Made by a program: the position numbers and the translations under genes | Shown here: positions 30,914 through 33,864 of the stretch, in pieces | Position numbering within the stretch: the first letter of the stretch is position 1 | Layout of the letters: every line of letters starts with the position of its first letter | The notes under the pieces: model-generated | What the model was told of the DNA's origin: nothing | What the model saw: the letters and a program-made list of their open reading frames with translations, nothing else | Databases searched by the model: none | Assembly (NCBI RefSeq): GCF_000315625.1 | Contig: NW_005434394.1 | Location: 1 to 33,864 of the forward strand | Direction: 5' to 3' | From: Guillardia theta CCMP2712 | Lineage: Eukaryota; Protista; Cryptophyta | DNA length: 33,864 nucleotides

Positions 30914-33864
30914 GGAAGCGGAGCTACGTAAGGAAGCTGCAGCAGGCTGCGACGGCTGACAACTTGGAGGGGGAGTGTGTACAAGGGGAAACCCTCCAGC
31001 AGCTCGACAGTTCGCTGCGAGGGTTGGCGGAATGCCCGATCAGAGTGGAGGAAATGGCAGGAGGAGTCATAATTAGGGTGTCCGACGCCGCGGGCCTGCG
31101 GAGGGTCCTGGAGTGGGACAACAGCAGCGGGTCCTCTCGAGCTGTCGCTGTACTGCTGAGCAGGGGGCTGAAGACTCGCTACGACGAGAAGCTGATAGAG
31201 GTGAGGGAGGACGGAAGTCTCTTCCTGCCTTGTCAGACGAAGCTGTGGGATGTTCATGGTATCACATGGAAGATCCATCCAGAGGAGGAGGAGGAGGAGG
31301 AGGAGGAGGGGGAGGAGAGGGCAGGTCGAGTTGCCAAGCATGAGTATGCCGGCCGCTGCTCGCGATCGCTCGACTCTTACCTCAAGGGGGCCAAGGTGAA
31401 ACTGCTGAGACTTGCAAACGTCATGCGACGATTCGATCTTCGGAAACTCTTCGGCCCCGACAGGCGCGACTGGCCGTCCATCTCCTTCCCGTTCTTGAAC
31501 GAGGAGACGACTGGTTACTTCAGGCTGGACTGGGAGGGGAAGGTGGCAGGGGCTGTGGAGCAGGAGGCGGAAGGATCGATCCGCCACTGGGTGTTCACCC
31601 CGTCCCACGGACGAGACTCTGAGAGTTCAAGGACGACGGGGCAGTTGGCCTATCTCGACAGGTCGCAGGCGTTCAAGGAAGGAGGGAGGAAGGTACCTGT
31701 GCGACAGGTACTGGTAGTGAGGCCGGACGAGGAGGAGGGAGGAGGAGAGTTCAGCGCATACCTCAACGACGTTGGCGGCGAGTTCATAGTGGTCTCGATG
31801 CCTCGGCGGATGACGTTGACCACGGACATGCGGAGCATCGGGTTCAGTGAGGAGCAGTTCTCAGCTCAGCTGGACAGGGCAGGAGGGCCGCTGGTGCTGA
31901 CGCCTGAGACGGGCGGGATGGGCTACACGAGGATGTTCATCCAGATCTTTGCGCACCTGCTGGGGCTAGAGAGGGTCTGGGTGCTCGACGATGACGTCAT
32001 CGACTGCTACGAAGAGGACCTGGACGCGACGTTCGCGTCTGCCCCCCCCAGGCGCCAGCCCCTCCTTCCCTGCTCGTTCGCCCGCATCATGCTCACTACA
32101 CAGCGAATGTTCGACGAGCGGAGCAGCAAGGCTCTCTATGACCCCAGCTGCAACCGACCTGCCTGCCCCTGGACCCGCTCGTTCTTCTCCTCATCCCTTG
32201 AGCTATCCGGCACGTCGGCAGACTGCCGAGCTGTGCGGGGGCTGAAGGCGAGAGAGGCTGCTCTAGATCCGCTGGAGGTTGACAGGACGGTGTCAAACGT
32301 CGAGGATTTTCGAGGGGACCTGGACGGATATGCAGTGATCGGGATCAGAGGAGATGCGGGGAGGAGGGAAGGGAAGGGAGCTTTCGGTATCAGCAGCGAC
32401 ATCTCCTCCTTCTACCTGCTCAACGTCCGGTCGACCGTCCTCAAGGGACTTCTGTTCCCACCCAAGAGGTTCGGGGAGGAGGGAGAGTTCTACCGTCTGT
32501 GCGAGGCGAGCGGGCTCGCTGTGCTCCAAGTCAACCGCTTCTTCTTCCACAAGGCAGAGCCGAGCCTCCTGGGCAGACTCCATGTGGAGCCCTGCTGGAC
32601 AGGAGGAGGGGAGAGGAGGGTCCGCGTGCTTATCAACGGGGTTCACGTGTACGACGTGGTCACGTCCCAGGACAAGTCCAGCTGCAGCGACGTCTGGCCC
32701 TGCCTGTTGGAGGAGAGCAGGAGGAGGAGGGAGGAGCGTCTGGTGCCGAGGGTGTCGTGCATGATAGAGGGGAGTGAGAGAAGGCTCCAGGTCGGAGAGG
32801 ACGAGGAGCTTGACGACAGCTGGGAGTTTGCTGGGAAGGTCTGCGATCAGTTTGACATCAGGGTGTTGCTACCGTTGAAGCCGGAGGTCAAAATCTCTCT
32901 TGACTCGCTCTCCGTCCATCGGGGCCGGCGAGCCGTCGGGCCTCGGAGAGCCAGTCGGTTCCTTGTGGACTGCGTTGACTACCTGCGAGCGGACGCAGTG
33001 CTCTTCTACCCGCCCCGCAACGAGACGGACGAGGAGGAGGAGGAGGAGAGGACCTTGTTCGAGGAGCCGGAGACGGGCTGGAAGGTGTTGGAGGGAGGAA
33101 CCTTGGACAGGGGAGGAGGAGGCACGTCGATTTGTATCTTGTGGGACTACTTCTCCGAGTGTTCAAGGAGGCTGTTTACAGCGCTAAGGAGACTGTCGGG
33201 GGAGGCAGGGGGAAACTTGTCCAGGGTTACCTTCCTCCTCCCAGCGGTGATGTACGCAAGGAACCAGCGCGCGATCGAGGATAAGATTCGTGTGTTGGTG
33301 GTGGGGGGGAAGAAGTTCAAAGTTGAGAGGAGATGGAGCAGCTGCCTGGAGCATGGCATGTTCGATGACATTGACAAGGAGGAGGACGAGGACGAGGACG
33401 AGGACGAGGAGGAGGACGAGGACGAGGACGAGGACGAGGAGGAGGGAGGGAGAGGCGCGAGGAGCGGGTATAGGAAGGGTCTCCCGAAACTGGAGAGAGT
33501 GTCCAAGTCTGTCCAGCAGGAGGAGGAGCAGTCTTTGATCGTGATCAGCTGTTCAACTGATAGCTCGGAGGGCTCGCATGACGTGAAGAGGGAGCAGGAG
33601 GGAAGGAGAGGGGAGAGGAGGGGAGAGGAGAGGAGGGGAAGGGAAGATGCGAGTAGGGAAGTTGAGAGCAGAGAGCAGGAGAGGAGGAGAAGGATAGAAG
33701 AAGAGGAAGCAAGGATGCAAGAAGATTCGGAGGAGGAGAGGAGAGGAGGAGAAGGGCGACTATCGTCAGCCAAGGTCAGCGTCTGCTCGACCCGTCATGC
33801 TTGTTCTGACATGTTGTCCAGGACATGGGGGAGGAGGAAACGTCGGATAAAGAAACTTCGACCA
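26269..33864 (+). CDS. GREB1-like protein: circularly permuted SF2 helicase/ATPase plus TAGT (JGT-like, GT-A fold) glycosyltransferase; runs off the window
   Basis: Main exons ~26533-29333, 29573-30436 and 30475-(33774 or window end). Helicase motifs: IIADQSHWG (II, 27957), VSATP (III, 28056), GRMGETFP (V, 29247), IQ|ELGRLSR (VI, rebuilt across intron 29334-29572), then RFLLHAECQAGKTGAYL (Walker A, ~30550-30597). TAGT motifs: WVFTPSHGR (31588), QVLVVRP, GGMGYTRMFI, VWVLDDDV (31987), FYLLNV...FGEEGEFYRLCEASGLAVLQVNRFFFHK (to 32553). The frame is open from 30475 to 33864. First exons are uncertain. Confidence 0.85.

Noticed and set aside
1-33864. CRISPR arrays, rRNA or tRNA genes
   Set aside because: None seen; repeats are simple microsatellites without unique spacers.

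Overview
Eukaryotic, intron-rich nuclear DNA. Short (~50 nt) and microsatellite-filled introns, GC-rich exons and CCGG-rich intergenic islands are consistent with a cryptophyte alga such as Guillardia (inference only). Left to right: the 3' part of a centrin-like EF-hand gene (+); intronless SSNA1/DIP13 (-); four-exon RPL35A (-); a many-exon divergent kinesin with an F-box-like N-terminus (+); and a cluster of five near-identical ~106-aa orphan genes plus a sixth decayed copy. The cluster is interrupted by a young full-length Ty1/copia LTR retrotransposon (14850-22905, 460-bp LTRs differing at one base, ATGAA target-site duplication). The window ends in a very large gene (~26.3 kb to beyond the end) encoding a GREB1-like protein: a circularly permuted SF2 helicase fused to a TAGT/JGT-type glycosyltransferase. 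Its 3.4-kb 3' reading frame is absent from the ORF track. The most notable observations are this GREB1-like enzyme, an apparent spliced antisense gene in the 3' region of the copia element, and a decayed paralog riddled with CCGG-type micro-insertions that may show how the GC islands arise. Two assembly gaps (8400-8499, 11101-11740). All domain calls are from manual motif recognition; no searches were run.
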